Source: a virus
DNA length: 64,000 nucleotides
Reading direction: 5' to 3' (one strand)
IMG/VR virus record: IMGVR_UViG_3300037465_000544
Positions 6,578-15,759 of the stretch are shown piece after piece (position 1 is the stretch's first letter; every line of letters begins with the position of its first letter). The notes under the pieces are model-generated. The model worked only from the letters and a program-made list of their open reading frames with translations. It was not told where the DNA came from and ran no database searches. Made by a program: the position numbers and the translations under genes.

Positions 6578-7420
6578 ATGATTGCCATAACGATAATTGC
6601 ACTGTTGTGTATAATCTTTGCTGTAGCTCAGGAATTGTTAATCCTACGCAAAAACAAAGAGATTATTCTTTACAAAAAAAGAATTGAAACAATTAATGAT
6701 GAAAATGAAATGTTAAATAATATTAATTTTCTTCTGAAAAATCAAAATAAAATGCTAAAGAAAAATAATGAAAGCAGCATAGATGTAATCAAAAAACAAA
6801 ATGAATTGCTGAAAATATTGCCGGATCCGGAAGATTTTGTAAAGATAAAAACAATTCTAAATAATACAAGAGATGCTTTGTTCTGCTATCAGGAAATAAT
6901 TTCAAAAAAAGAGGTACAATACGCTTTAATTACTTCCGATAATCAGGAAAAAACACTAAAGCAGCTTGAGATTCTGAAAGAAAAAATGGAAAGGGTGAAA
7001 AATGATTTACTTGACTTTAATCCGGAAGAAAAAAGAAAAAAGAATATCCAATTTGCAGAAAAGAAAGAAAAAGAACTGAATGATTTGTTTATGAAAGAAA
7101 ATGGAAGAAGGCCAGCAAATGCTTATTCAGAAGAAAAAAAGGATAAAGAAAAAGAAAATACTGAGATTTCTTTTGAATCCATGTATGCAAAATTAAAAAA
7201 AGAAACACTATCGCTCCCGGACAAAATTAACAACTATGAAAATTTTGTAATGTACGTCAACATTCTGATAACGCTTAAGCAGCTGGACAATCCATTAATC
7301 ACATATGACGAATCGGACGAATCTCTTAAAGACATAAAGCGAATGATTGAAAAATTCACCTTCATGATTGAAGAGGCAAAAAAGGAAAATCCCGCCTGGA
7401 ATCAAGCAAAAATTAAATAA
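6578..7420 (+). CDS. Membrane-anchored coiled-coil protein
   Basis: N-terminal TM helix MIAITIIALLCIIFAVA followed by an E/K/N-rich coiled coil. Confidence 0.7.
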   Translation: MIAITIIALLCIIFAVAQELLILRKNKEIILYKKRIETINDENEMLNNINFLLKNQNKMLKKNNESSIDVIKKQNELLKILPDPEDFVKIKTILNNTRDALFCYQEIISKKEVQYALITSDNQEKTLKQLEILKEKMERVKNDLLDFNPEEKRKKNIQFAEKKEKELNDLFMKENGRRPANAYSEEKKDKEKENTEISFESMYAKLKKETLSLPDKINNYENFVMYVNILITLKQLDNPLITYDESDESLKDIKRMIEKFTFMIEEAKKENPAWNQAKIK

Positions 7421-7437
7421 AAATCAAAAACAAAACC

Positions 7438-7701
7438 ATGAAACAAAAAAATCAAATAAGCTACACAAACGAAAAACCGAAAACAAAAAACCGTTTCAAT
7501 AAAAACATATATCAGGTTAAATTCATTTTTTCGTCCGGAAAGAAGTATAATTCACAAAAAGAAGCTTCTGCATTCACTCTTTTTGGATATATCAGTGGAA
7601 AAGAATTGAATCAAAAAGGCATCAAAAAAAGCATAACGGATTACGCGGAAAGAAACAATATTCCTGCAGGATATTACGCCCATATAGCAGACTTGGATTA
7701 A
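7438..7701 (+). CDS. Hypothetical protein
   Basis: 87-aa ORF after AAAACAAAACC leader. Confidence 0.65.
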   Translation: MKQKNQISYTNEKPKTKNRFNKNIYQVKFIFSSGKKYNSQKEASAFTLFGYISGKELNQKGIKKSITDYAERNNIPAGYYAHIADLD

Positions 7702-7912
7702 ACTTGTATTGATAGCTGAAAATACTGGCCGTGCAAGGATGCCTTCTAACATATTGTCTAAACGAATCGTTTGCGATTCTCAGTAAGGCAATTAATACAA
7801 GGATAGCAGGAAAGGATAGCCGCAATTCGTAAGAGGAGTATTGGCCAATACAGATTTCCCATTGAAGCAGCCGGCTTGGGAATCCATATACCGGAAGCCA
7901 TTTACAAGCCAT
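7622..7912 (-). CDS. Possible lone antisense membrane protein
   Basis: A-rich leader AATAAAATTACTAATAA before ATG; hydrophobic stretch LSFPAILVLIALLRIA; fills an otherwise non-coding gap. Confidence 0.3.
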   Translation of the reverse strand: MACKWLPVYGFPSRLLQWEICIGQYSSYELRLSFPAILVLIALLRIANDSFRQYVRRHPCTASIFSYQYKFNPSLLYGRNILQEYCFFPRNPLCFF

Positions 7913-8220
7913 TTATTAGTAATTTTATTGGTAATTTCATTACTTATCATTACTAAGTAAGTAAATGGTTTCCGAGTAAACGCTATATAGGTGTCTATGA
8001 AAACAAGATATTTTTGGAGTTACGACAAACCGATAAAATTGAGTTTTTTTAGATAAAATCTTTGTGCTTGGAAAACAATTATAAAAGTAAAAGGGCAATA
8101 CCTTTTTATCTGTTATAGTGGTCGAAGGTTTTCTTTGTGATAAGTGTAGCTTATCTCCTTGCAGAAAAGGCCAATTATCAATCCAAATTCAATGTCGCCA
8201 CTAAATTTAAACACACAGAA

Positions 8221-8610
8221 ATGAAGAAAAAGAAAAGAATATTCATGAATATTTCAAAAAGGATACGCAATAAAATATACAAAAAAGCATACAACCATTT
8301 TTGCTCATACCCGACAGACCATAATTATATATGCCCAACCATTAAAAAATGTTTTCGGAGATATTTTTGTAAGCCAAAAGATAAAAAGAAATGGCAAGAT
8401 TATTGGCTGTCTGATATTGAATTAAATACAGTCTTACCTGAACTAAATTTATTTTATCCATACGAAAATTTTAATTCAGAATATAGATCAGCGTGGCCAA
8501 TTGAAAAAAAAGAAAGAAAAATTATCTTATGCTTTCTCTGGGCAATGACTCTGCCTAAAAAAACTCTTTACAAAACGAAAAAAAATAAAAAACTAAAAAA
8601 GAGAAAATGA
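8221..8610 (+). CDS. Hypothetical basic protein
   Basis: ATG at 8221 is more plausible than the upstream GTG; stop overlaps the next start. Confidence 0.6.
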   Translation: MKKKKRIFMNISKRIRNKIYKKAYNHFCSYPTDHNYICPTIKKCFRRYFCKPKDKKKWQDYWLSDIELNTVLPELNLFYPYENFNSEYRSAWPIEKKERKIILCFLWAMTLPKKTLYKTKKNKKLKKRK

Positions 8611-9224
8611 ATCAGGATAAAATTCAAAAAAAAACAGATCAGCAAGAAGCCGAATTTCATATTAAAATTGAAAACACAGATGAATGCAGATTGAAATACA
8701 TAGAAAGAATAAAACAAAAAATCGAATTTGGAGAATATCCGGAAAACCGAATCAATGATGATGTCGCAGACGGAATAGTATTTTTAATTTCTTCTCCTCA
8801 CGCTATAGAAGCTATGTGCATTGGCATGAAAAAGTACGCTACTTTACTTGGGGAGCAAATAAAAAAAGAATTAAAAATACAAGGATTTGATTCTTTTCTG
8901 GAATTGGCAAAAAGTCCCAAAAATTTGCAATATTATAATGAAATTGAAAAAGAATTTTATATAGTTAGGGATACGGTAATTCTGAACATGATTTATTATG
9001 ATTTAATACATAATAAAAGTGCTCCAAATAACCTTAAAGAGCTAAATGAAATGAATTATTTGTACAGAAGCATTATAGTATTGAATCAAAAAGGGCAAAT
9101 AGAAGAAAATCTGAAAAACCTGTGTAAAGTAAATCTCATCGGACCAACGCAATTACGAGTGGGAATTGAAATAGTAAAAAATATTCATAACAATCTGCAT
9201 AATAATCCATATAATAATCCATAA
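8607..9224 (+). CDS. Hypothetical helical protein
   Basis: 205-aa ORF, ATGA-coupled to the previous gene. Confidence 0.7.
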   Translation: MNQDKIQKKTDQQEAEFHIKIENTDECRLKYIERIKQKIEFGEYPENRINDDVADGIVFLISSPHAIEAMCIGMKKYATLLGEQIKKELKIQGFDSFLELAKSPKNLQYYNEIEKEFYIVRDTVILNMIYYDLIHNKSAPNNLKELNEMNYLYRSIIVLNQKGQIEENLKNLCKVNLIGPTQLRVGIEIVKNIHNNLHNNPYNNP

Positions 9225-9461
9225 AACCAAACGGGAATATCAGCAAAAATATGCGGAGCGGCAAAAGGTGGTTTTTAAGAGCAGGGCACCCTTATTTCTT
9301 CCTGCCTGAAGGACATGGTTTACACCTTTTGCTCGTCCCGTTCTCGCCATTTTATTTCAATCAAAAATAAAAATAAATTAAATAAGCGAAAGAGATTTTC
9401 GAAACACCGAAATTGCATGTGAATTTCAAGCAAAAAAACATAAAACAAAAAAAATAAAGCA

Positions 9462-9803
9462 ATGCCATATAAAGAAAACGAAAAAATCATTCATACAAAA
9501 GTGAGGGGAGTAGCACTTTCAGATAATGCTTTCTCCAGACAAAATATACTTCGTGCCATGCACGAAAAACCGGAAGATGTAAAAATTATTTACAGAAAAG
9601 AAATGGAAATATTTGTTTTTATGGATTCTGGGGATAACTTCTGCCTGGGTTACTTGCATGAAAAATATTCCAAAATACTGCATGAAAAAATTACAAAAAT
9701 AATATCGTGGAAAGTTACCGGAGGATATCCGCTAAACGATTCCGAATACAAAAACATTCGTGCCAGAATGGGGCTAAATTTAACCATTCAAATATTAGAT
9801 TAA
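9462..9803 (+). CDS. HIRAN-domain-like protein
   Basis: N-terminal HTKVRGVAL...RQNIL and central LGYL resemble HIRAN. Confidence 0.55.
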   Translation: MPYKENEKIIHTKVRGVALSDNAFSRQNILRAMHEKPEDVKIIYRKEMEIFVFMDSGDNFCLGYLHEKYSKILHEKITKIISWKVTGGYPLNDSEYKNIRARMGLNLTIQILD

Positions 9804-9838
9804 AAAAGAAAAAATTTATTAACACAGTAGATTTTTTC

Positions 9839-9870
9839 TTTGTTTTTCAAACTTTCCCAAATTATATTTG
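9839..9870 (+). promoter_or_regulatory. Bacteroidota housekeeping-sigma promoter upstream of the replication operon
   Basis: TTTG (9839-9842) + 20 nt + TATATTTG (9863-9870) matches the -33 TTTG / -7 TAnnTTTG consensus. Confidence 0.75.
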
Positions 9871-9889
9871 CACACTAAATTGACCGACT

Positions 9890-10237
9890 ATGAATAATGA
9901 TTCAAAAAATGAGGAAGAAAAAAACTCCCTTCCAAAACGCTCACCACCAATAATTCCCGATAAACAAGAATTTATCAATGAATTTAACAAATTTCCAAAA
10001 GGAGAACCTTCCGCTACATTTGAGTTGGTAAAATACGCGATTTTTTCTAACAAAACTTTTACCGGGCAGCCTATAACATGGGAATTAATTAAAAAGAAGT
10101 GGAACGAATATCTGGATGCAAACAGGATAGAAAAGACTCCTGACAAATTTATAGTTAGCATGAAAACTTTCATTGAAAAGAAAAAATACAACGAGAATTT
10201 TAATCCTGTGATCAAATCGTGGATAAAGAATTTATAA
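9890..10237 (+). CDS. Putative replisome organiser / helicase-loader-type protein
   Basis: Directly upstream of the DnaB-like gene; short helical domain. Function inferred mainly from context. Confidence 0.45.
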   Translation: MNNDSKNEEEKNSLPKRSPPIIPDKQEFINEFNKFPKGEPSATFELVKYAIFSNKTFTGQPITWELIKKKWNEYLDANRIEKTPDKFIVSMKTFIEKKKYNENFNPVIKSWIKNL

Positions 10238-10252
10238 CAAAAAAATTGACAA

Positions 10253-11602
10253 ATGGCAATAAACACCAGTTACGAATTCAATATCATTAAACAAGCCTTT
10301 ACAGACAAAGACAAATTCTTGTTTTGTATAGAAAAAATAAAAAACCCAAATATTTTTATAGATCCGATTGCCAACCTGTATTGGAGGATATTCAAGATAA
10401 TTTATCAAGAAGGGCAAGAGCTTTCTTTTTCCAAGGTTGAAGATATTCTGCGAAGCACGGACAATGCACAGCATATCGGGCATTTTAAGCATGTCGTTGA
10501 AGGAGAATACAATGAAGAATATGAATGGCAATACCATCTTTTCTTTTTGGAAGAACAATATCGCAAAAGCGTCATGCTTGAAATGGCATCTCTGATACAA
10601 AAATCGGTAGGAAAATCTTCCAGCCAGCAAATTTTAGAATCATGCAATTCGGCCCTTCGTGAACTAAATAGCGAAGAAGCGAATTCAATTAATTTTAAAA
10701 AAGCATATGAAGAAACAATAAAGCAAATCGCTGATATTCACACAGGCAGTACAAAATCAGTGTTTTTTACAGGGAATAAAAGGTTTGATGAAGTTGCAAC
10801 ACTTTCGCCAAAAAAATTGATTACATGGGCTGCACAAAAAAAAATCGGAAAATCAAGATTTATGGTGGATCTGACACAACGGCTTATTACTCACAATCCG
10901 AAAGATATTGCAATTCAATGGTATTCTCTTGAAATGAAAAGCGAAGAGCTTGTACGTTGTTTTATTTCCAGGATGCTTAATTTAACCGACAAGCAGCTAA
11001 TGGGAAAGGGCTACAAAGTCACGGAATTCGAAATGGGATGTATAAATAATCTAATAAAATATTTTGAAAAATATCCGATTGAATTCATTGACGAAGCTGT
11101 AAACATTAACAATATATGCTCCAAGTTTGAACGCTTTGCAGAACGACATCCGGGAAAAACTCCTATTTGCATTATTGATAATCTGGGCTTAATCAAGCCA
11201 CATATTAACGATTCAATCGCTTTTGATGACGATGTTGCCAGAATGCTGAAAAACCTTCGCGATAAAACAAACGGAATGATTAATGTCCTTCATCATTTAA
11301 CCAAGGAGAGCGAAAGCAAATGGAACAAAGATGCAGGATACGAACCAAAAACCACACACATTCGCGGAAGCTCAAGAATAGCCGATTTTAGCAATATGGT
11401 TGTACTACTTCATCGTCCAGACCATTATAAAGATTTGGTAGAAGAAGCCAAGTTAGCCGGAACTGATATAAATGGCAAATTTATAGTAAACATAAGTGAA
11501 AACCGCGATGGAGAAAGTGACAGAATTGTAATGAATCACAAAATTCAATATTGCCATTTTTCAGAAGAAACGATTGATTCCAAACAAGAAATTAAAACAT
11601 AA
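10253..11602 (+). CDS. dnaB: DnaB-like replicative helicase
   Basis: Walker A variant AAQKKIGKS, YSLEM, Walker B CIIDNLGLI, HHLTK, HIRGSSRIADFSNMVVLLHR, ENRDG. Confidence 0.88.
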   Translation: MAINTSYEFNIIKQAFTDKDKFLFCIEKIKNPNIFIDPIANLYWRIFKIIYQEGQELSFSKVEDILRSTDNAQHIGHFKHVVEGEYNEEYEWQYHLFFLEEQYRKSVMLEMASLIQKSVGKSSSQQILESCNSALRELNSEEANSINFKKAYEETIKQIADIHTGSTKSVFFTGNKRFDEVATLSPKKLITWAAQKKIGKSRFMVDLTQRLITHNPKDIAIQWYSLEMKSEELVRCFISRMLNLTDKQLMGKGYKVTEFEMGCINNLIKYFEKYPIEFIDEAVNINNICSKFERFAERHPGKTPICIIDNLGLIKPHINDSIAFDDDVARMLKNLRDKTNGMINVLHHLTKESESKWNKDAGYEPKTTHIRGSSRIADFSNMVVLLHRPDHYKDLVEEAKLAGTDINGKFIVNISENRDGESDRIVMNHKIQYCHFSEETIDSKQEIKT

Positions 11603-11612
11603 AACATAAATC

Positions 11613-11858
11613 ATGAATAATTTTTCAGAAGAAAAAAACACACCTGAAATACCTGAACTTCCGGATTTTTCAGAAAAAATAAAAAACTGGAATATCATAA
11701 AGAAAGAATTTGAAGATGAATACAAAAAATCTATTGATAGAGAAAAAGACACACCGAAAAAATTTAAAGAACTATGCAAAGAGATTATCAAAAAAGCATG
11801 GGCTGAAACCAAAACAGATACGAAAGATACTGAATTTCTTTCTAAGAAATCTGTGTAA
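11613..11858 (+). CDS. Hypothetical protein overlapping the HU-like ORF
   Basis: 81 aa, good A-rich start right after the helicase stop. Confidence 0.5.
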   Translation: MNNFSEEKNTPEIPELPDFSEKIKNWNIIKKEFEDEYKKSIDREKDTPKKFKELCKEIIKKAWAETKTDTKDTEFLSKKSV

Positions 11859-11979
11859 AAAACTTGAACGCGGAGAAGATATTCGATTACCGCATTTCGG
11901 AAATATTTATTTTAACAAAAAAGCCTATGCAAAAAGACTCAAAAAACTCGGAAAACAACAAAAGGAAACCAATAGTTGA
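11716..11979 (+). CDS. HU/IHF-like DNA-binding protein
   Basis: LSKKHGLKPKQIRKILNFFLRNLCKKLERGEDIRLPHFGNIYF matches the HU helix-helix-GE.v.L..FG.F pattern. Confidence 0.65.
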   Translation: MNTKNLLIEKKTHRKNLKNYAKRLSKKHGLKPKQIRKILNFFLRNLCKKLERGEDIRLPHFGNIYFNKKAYAKRLKKLGKQQKETNS

Positions 11980-12778
11980 TGTTTCCACAATCAATTCCGA
12001 TGATGAAAGCCAATTAAGACAATTAGCGATAATGCACTATTTAAGAAAAATTCTGGAAATTATCAAGGAAGATAAGGACCGGAATAACAAATGGCAAAAA
12101 GACGCAGAATCTCATTTAGGATTTGTTTTGTCTGTAGTCTCACTTCATATGTGGGAGCCAAGAGGTATCGAAAAAATAGCAGCTTTGTTAAAGCCTTATG
12201 CTGCTCAAATTATGGTTGATGACAGTGATGAGCGAGAAGAAAAAAGAAAAAAAGATCTCGATAGGCTGAAAGAAGAACTACGCGATGAAATACTAAAAAT
12301 CAACAATGATAATACTTTGAATGAAAAAGAGAAAAAAGATGCAATGGAAGCCTTTATTAATATTAAAAAGACAGAATACAATGTAGAGATAAGCATTCCT
12401 TTCATTCAAAATGAAAATAATATAGTATTTGACGAGATTGGAGATAAGAAATTCGATTTGTTGATTACTCATATTGCAGCAGAAGCTGTCATGTCAAAAA
12501 ACAAAAACGACAAGCTGACGGCTGACATATTATCACGTTTATTGTTGGTAAGAAATTTCGGAATTACGGCTGTGATGATGCAACAATTAAACGAACACAG
12601 GCTATTTTACGATGGTCTTCGCCAAGATATTGGTAATCCGCAAGGAATGATGAAAAGACTGAATGAATCGGAACTGTTAAGTGATGAAAAAATCAAACAA
12701 AATGTTCAAAACTTAATACAAGACTCATTAAACAACAAAAATTTGTCAGACGATTCAAACCCAGATTCCAAAAAATAA
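11927..12778 (+). CDS. Hypothetical helical protein
   Basis: In-frame ATG 11927 (MQKDSKNS) of the 304-aa track ORF. Confidence 0.7.
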   Translation: MQKDSKNSENNKRKPIVDVSTINSDDESQLRQLAIMHYLRKILEIIKEDKDRNNKWQKDAESHLGFVLSVVSLHMWEPRGIEKIAALLKPYAAQIMVDDSDEREEKRKKDLDRLKEELRDEILKINNDNTLNEKEKKDAMEAFINIKKTEYNVEISIPFIQNENNIVFDEIGDKKFDLLITHIAAEAVMSKNKNDKLTADILSRLLLVRNFGITAVMMQQLNEHRLFYDGLRQDIGNPQGMMKRLNESELLSDEKIKQNVQNLIQDSLNNKNLSDDSNPDSKK

Positions 12779-12782
12779 CATT

Positions 12783-12974
12783 ATGGCACCAAAAGAAATC
12801 GAAGTAAATCACGATAACTACAAAAGACTTAAATCGGCATATAAAAATGCGGTTGCCAACGAACAAATTTCTTTTCATTGCTTTAATTCTGAATTACTTA
12901 CTGATTATGCAAAATATATGTTAGAGCATATGGAAAACGTACTAAAAATTAACACAAAAAAACAGCAAAAATGA
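12783..12974 (+). CDS. Small hypothetical phage protein
   Basis: 63 aa, coupled to the next gene. Confidence 0.65.
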   Translation: MAPKEIEVNHDNYKRLKSAYKNAVANEQISFHCFNSELLTDYAKYMLEHMENVLKINTKKQQK

Positions 12975-13636
12975 CAACAAAATCAATTATTCCAGGAAGA
13001 GCCATTCTGATTGAAGGGCCCTCAGGAAGAGGAAAGACAACTTCTTTAAGAAACTTGGATCCCGCAGAAACACTACTCATTAATACTGAGCGTAAAACAT
13101 TGCCGTGGAAAGGAGGAGCAAGTTTCCCTCAATTAAAACCTAAAACGGTAAATGAAATGTTCAATGCCCTTGATAAATATGCGGACAATCCCAAAATAAA
13201 ACAGGTGGTAACGGACAGCTTTTCAGCCTTCTCTGATATGCTGGTAGCAGAATGTCGTATATTAAAAACAGGATGGGATGTGTGGGATTTGTATAACCGA
13301 CAACTGTATCAGTATTTTCAAAAAAACAAGAAGTTCGTTGACAACGGTAAACATGTCATAATATTAGGTCATGACGAAACAATTCAGGATGAATCCGGTA
13401 GCGGAATAAAACGACTTAAAACAAAAGGAAAAGAGTGGGAAGGTGTTACAGAGAAAGAATTTGATATTGTTCTTTGGGCAGATGCTACTGTTGTTGAAGA
13501 AGGAAATATAAAATACGAATTTGTTACACAAACAAACGGGAAAACACCGGCAAAATCGCCAATGTCAATGCTTCCGATAAGAATGCCGAATGATATGGCT
13601 GAAGTTCTCCGTCTAATCAATGAATACGATAAATAA
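12971..13636 (+). CDS. AAA_24 / Sak4-like phage P-loop ATPase (recombination)
   Basis: Walker A GPSGRGKTT, INTERKTLP, Walker B VVTDSFS, HVIILGH, EKEFDIVL, AKSP; adjacent to an SSB-like gene. Confidence 0.82.
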   Translation: MTTKSIIPGRAILIEGPSGRGKTTSLRNLDPAETLLINTERKTLPWKGGASFPQLKPKTVNEMFNALDKYADNPKIKQVVTDSFSAFSDMLVAECRILKTGWDVWDLYNRQLYQYFQKNKKFVDNGKHVIILGHDETIQDESGSGIKRLKTKGKEWEGVTEKEFDIVLWADATVVEEGNIKYEFVTQTNGKTPAKSPMSMLPIRMPNDMAEVLRLINEYDK

Positions 13637-13642
13637 AAATGA

Positions 13643-14581
13643 ATGACACATCATTTCAATATCAACACACCAATCTGGAAAAGCCGATCAGTAGGGCTCA
13701 ATCTCCTTAATGTTAATCCCGGGGATGATATTACGATATCCATTTTGTACGAAAACAAAGCCAAAAAACGAATTTATCCGCATTTATACGGCATTTCGGC
13801 AAACGAAGCATCGAAATATCCATCCAAATCAATTAAAGGCCAGGTAGAGCTCAAAATCGTGCCTATTAAAGATTTAAAGATTATCAATAATAATTTAAAC
13901 CAAACAAGTAATACTAACCAAAAACAATCAACTATGTTATTTGACAACAAAGAAATCGAAAAAATCCGAAAGGAAAATTCAGAGCGTTCAATGGGCGACT
14001 CAAGAAGTAGAATTGAAGCAGGAGAACAGATTCTGACACAAGAAAACTCAAGATTGGACAAATCTAAAACAGATGGAGCTCCGATGCTTATTGTAGATTT
14101 CGTAAAATCAGCCGATTACAAACCAATAACAGTTTACTGGAAACTGTCCGGTTCAGGAAGCGACATTCATAAAGGACGCATAGTGGCTCATCTGGAACAA
14201 GCCTATAATTACATAATTCAGCCTTGCAAAGATGAAAATGATTTACTAAAACAAATGAAGAATTTTGATGGTAAAAAGTGCAAAGTAGCTGTTCGGCACA
14301 AAGACTCTCTTTATGACACCAGCAAAGGGGAAACAGTAGTAGCCACGAAAGCGGAATATTGGTACAGTGGCAATATTAATGATAAGGAGTTTAGTGTAGA
14401 TGTAACCAAAATAAAAGTGCCTTTGGACGAAAAAGAAATGAAACGCTTTAACGACATTACCGCACTTACCGGAAAAGCTCCACGCAGAGCAGACGAACCC
14501 CAGGCAACACCGCAAAATACACCGACAACAACCAAAAGTTTGCAATCTGAGACAAAAGAAGATGACGGATTGCCGTTTTAA
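13643..14581 (+). CDS. ssDNA-binding-protein-like (likely internal start at 13934)
   Basis: Acidic C-terminal EDDGLPF tail typical of SSBs; follows the Sak4-like ATPase; second A-rich start site at 13934. Confidence 0.65.
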   Translation: MTHHFNINTPIWKSRSVGLNLLNVNPGDDITISILYENKAKKRIYPHLYGISANEASKYPSKSIKGQVELKIVPIKDLKIINNNLNQTSNTNQKQSTMLFDNKEIEKIRKENSERSMGDSRSRIEAGEQILTQENSRLDKSKTDGAPMLIVDFVKSADYKPITVYWKLSGSGSDIHKGRIVAHLEQAYNYIIQPCKDENDLLKQMKNFDGKKCKVAVRHKDSLYDTSKGETVVATKAEYWYSGNINDKEFSVDVTKIKVPLDEKEMKRFNDITALTGKAPRRADEPQATPQNTPTTTKSLQSETKEDDGLPF

Positions 14582-14622
14582 TTTAATTAACAAATAAAAA
14601 ACAAACCATTAATAAGTAAAAC

Positions 14623-15732
14623 ATGACTGAAAAACAACAGGCACCTCAAGTAAAAGACATACGAAAAATAAAAACTAAACTTAAGGGAAAAGAAGATGTG
14701 TTCAGAACGCTTGCACTTGGCGAAAGCACAAAACTGCCGGTATTGCTGGTAGGTGTTCCGGGTGTGGCTAAAACCCAAACATTGCTGGATTATGCTGCCG
14801 CGAAATATGAATATGACCGCGAGCGTGTAAGGAATAACAGCTTTGTAATTGAATTGGATGAAGGAACGAAGACATCAGAAATAAAGGGCCGGATAGACAT
14901 GAAGGAGTTGCTGGAAAATAAAAAATATAAAATGGAAACTCCTATTGCTAACGCTGAATTTATTCTGATTAACGAAGTTGATAAAGGATCTTCAGGTGTA
15001 AGAAACACTATGTTAAGCGTGATGCGTGAGCGTGCATTATTTTTGGGAGGAGAGGTAAAGCGATGCAACTGGGCTGTATTTGCAGGAAGCTGCAATGAAA
15101 TAAACAGCGATCAGACAGATGCTCCTTTCTGGGATCGTTTCGTGATCAAAGAAAAAGTGGGACGTATAGAATTAGAGAGCTTGGGTGAGGTATGGGATGG
15201 AAACGAATACGAATTAAACATTCCTGTGCCAACTAAAAAGGAAATTGATGCGTGCCAGGTAAGTAAAAACAAATTAGGATTATTTGCTAAAGCCGTTTAT
15301 TCAGATATCACCGACAGAACATGCACCTATATTCCTTTATTGGTAAAAGCGGTAAAATTAATTTGGGAATGCTCGGATTTGCAAGCTATTATTAAGGTGT
15401 GCAATTACATAGCTCCGCACCAAACGCAAAGCATATCTTCCCAGCTTGAAGATCCAAAAGTAACTGAGATAAAAAGCAAAATTTCACAAATCAGCGGAAT
15501 TAAAGATGTAAACCTGATGACTGTATTTCTCGGAGAATTGCAAACGACAATAAGGAAATTCTCAGAGGAAAATCCAACAGCTTTAGAAGAAATTAATGAA
15601 ATAAAAAAGGATCTCAGTTCAAAGATTTCCCGTAACAAGGTGTGTAAAGAAATTATTAAATCACGCATTCAAGTGCAGGAATCCATAAAAGAGATGTCCA
15701 TGTTTGAAGAACCAAAAAATGAAAGCAATTAA
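14623..15732 (+). CDS. MoxR/RavA-type AAA+ ATPase
   Basis: Walker A GVPGVAKT, Walker B ILINEVDK, sensor SCNE, PFWDRF; followed by a VWA gene. Confidence 0.85.
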   Translation: MTEKQQAPQVKDIRKIKTKLKGKEDVFRTLALGESTKLPVLLVGVPGVAKTQTLLDYAAAKYEYDRERVRNNSFVIELDEGTKTSEIKGRIDMKELLENKKYKMETPIANAEFILINEVDKGSSGVRNTMLSVMRERALFLGGEVKRCNWAVFAGSCNEINSDQTDAPFWDRFVIKEKVGRIELESLGEVWDGNEYELNIPVPTKKEIDACQVSKNKLGLFAKAVYSDITDRTCTYIPLLVKAVKLIWECSDLQAIIKVCNYIAPHQTQSISSQLEDPKVTEIKSKISQISGIKDVNLMTVFLGELQTTIRKFSEENPTALEEINEIKKDLSSKISRNKVCKEIIKSRIQVQESIKEMSMFEEPKNESN

Positions 15733-15759
15733 ATTGTCAAATAGTTAAAATACTAAACT

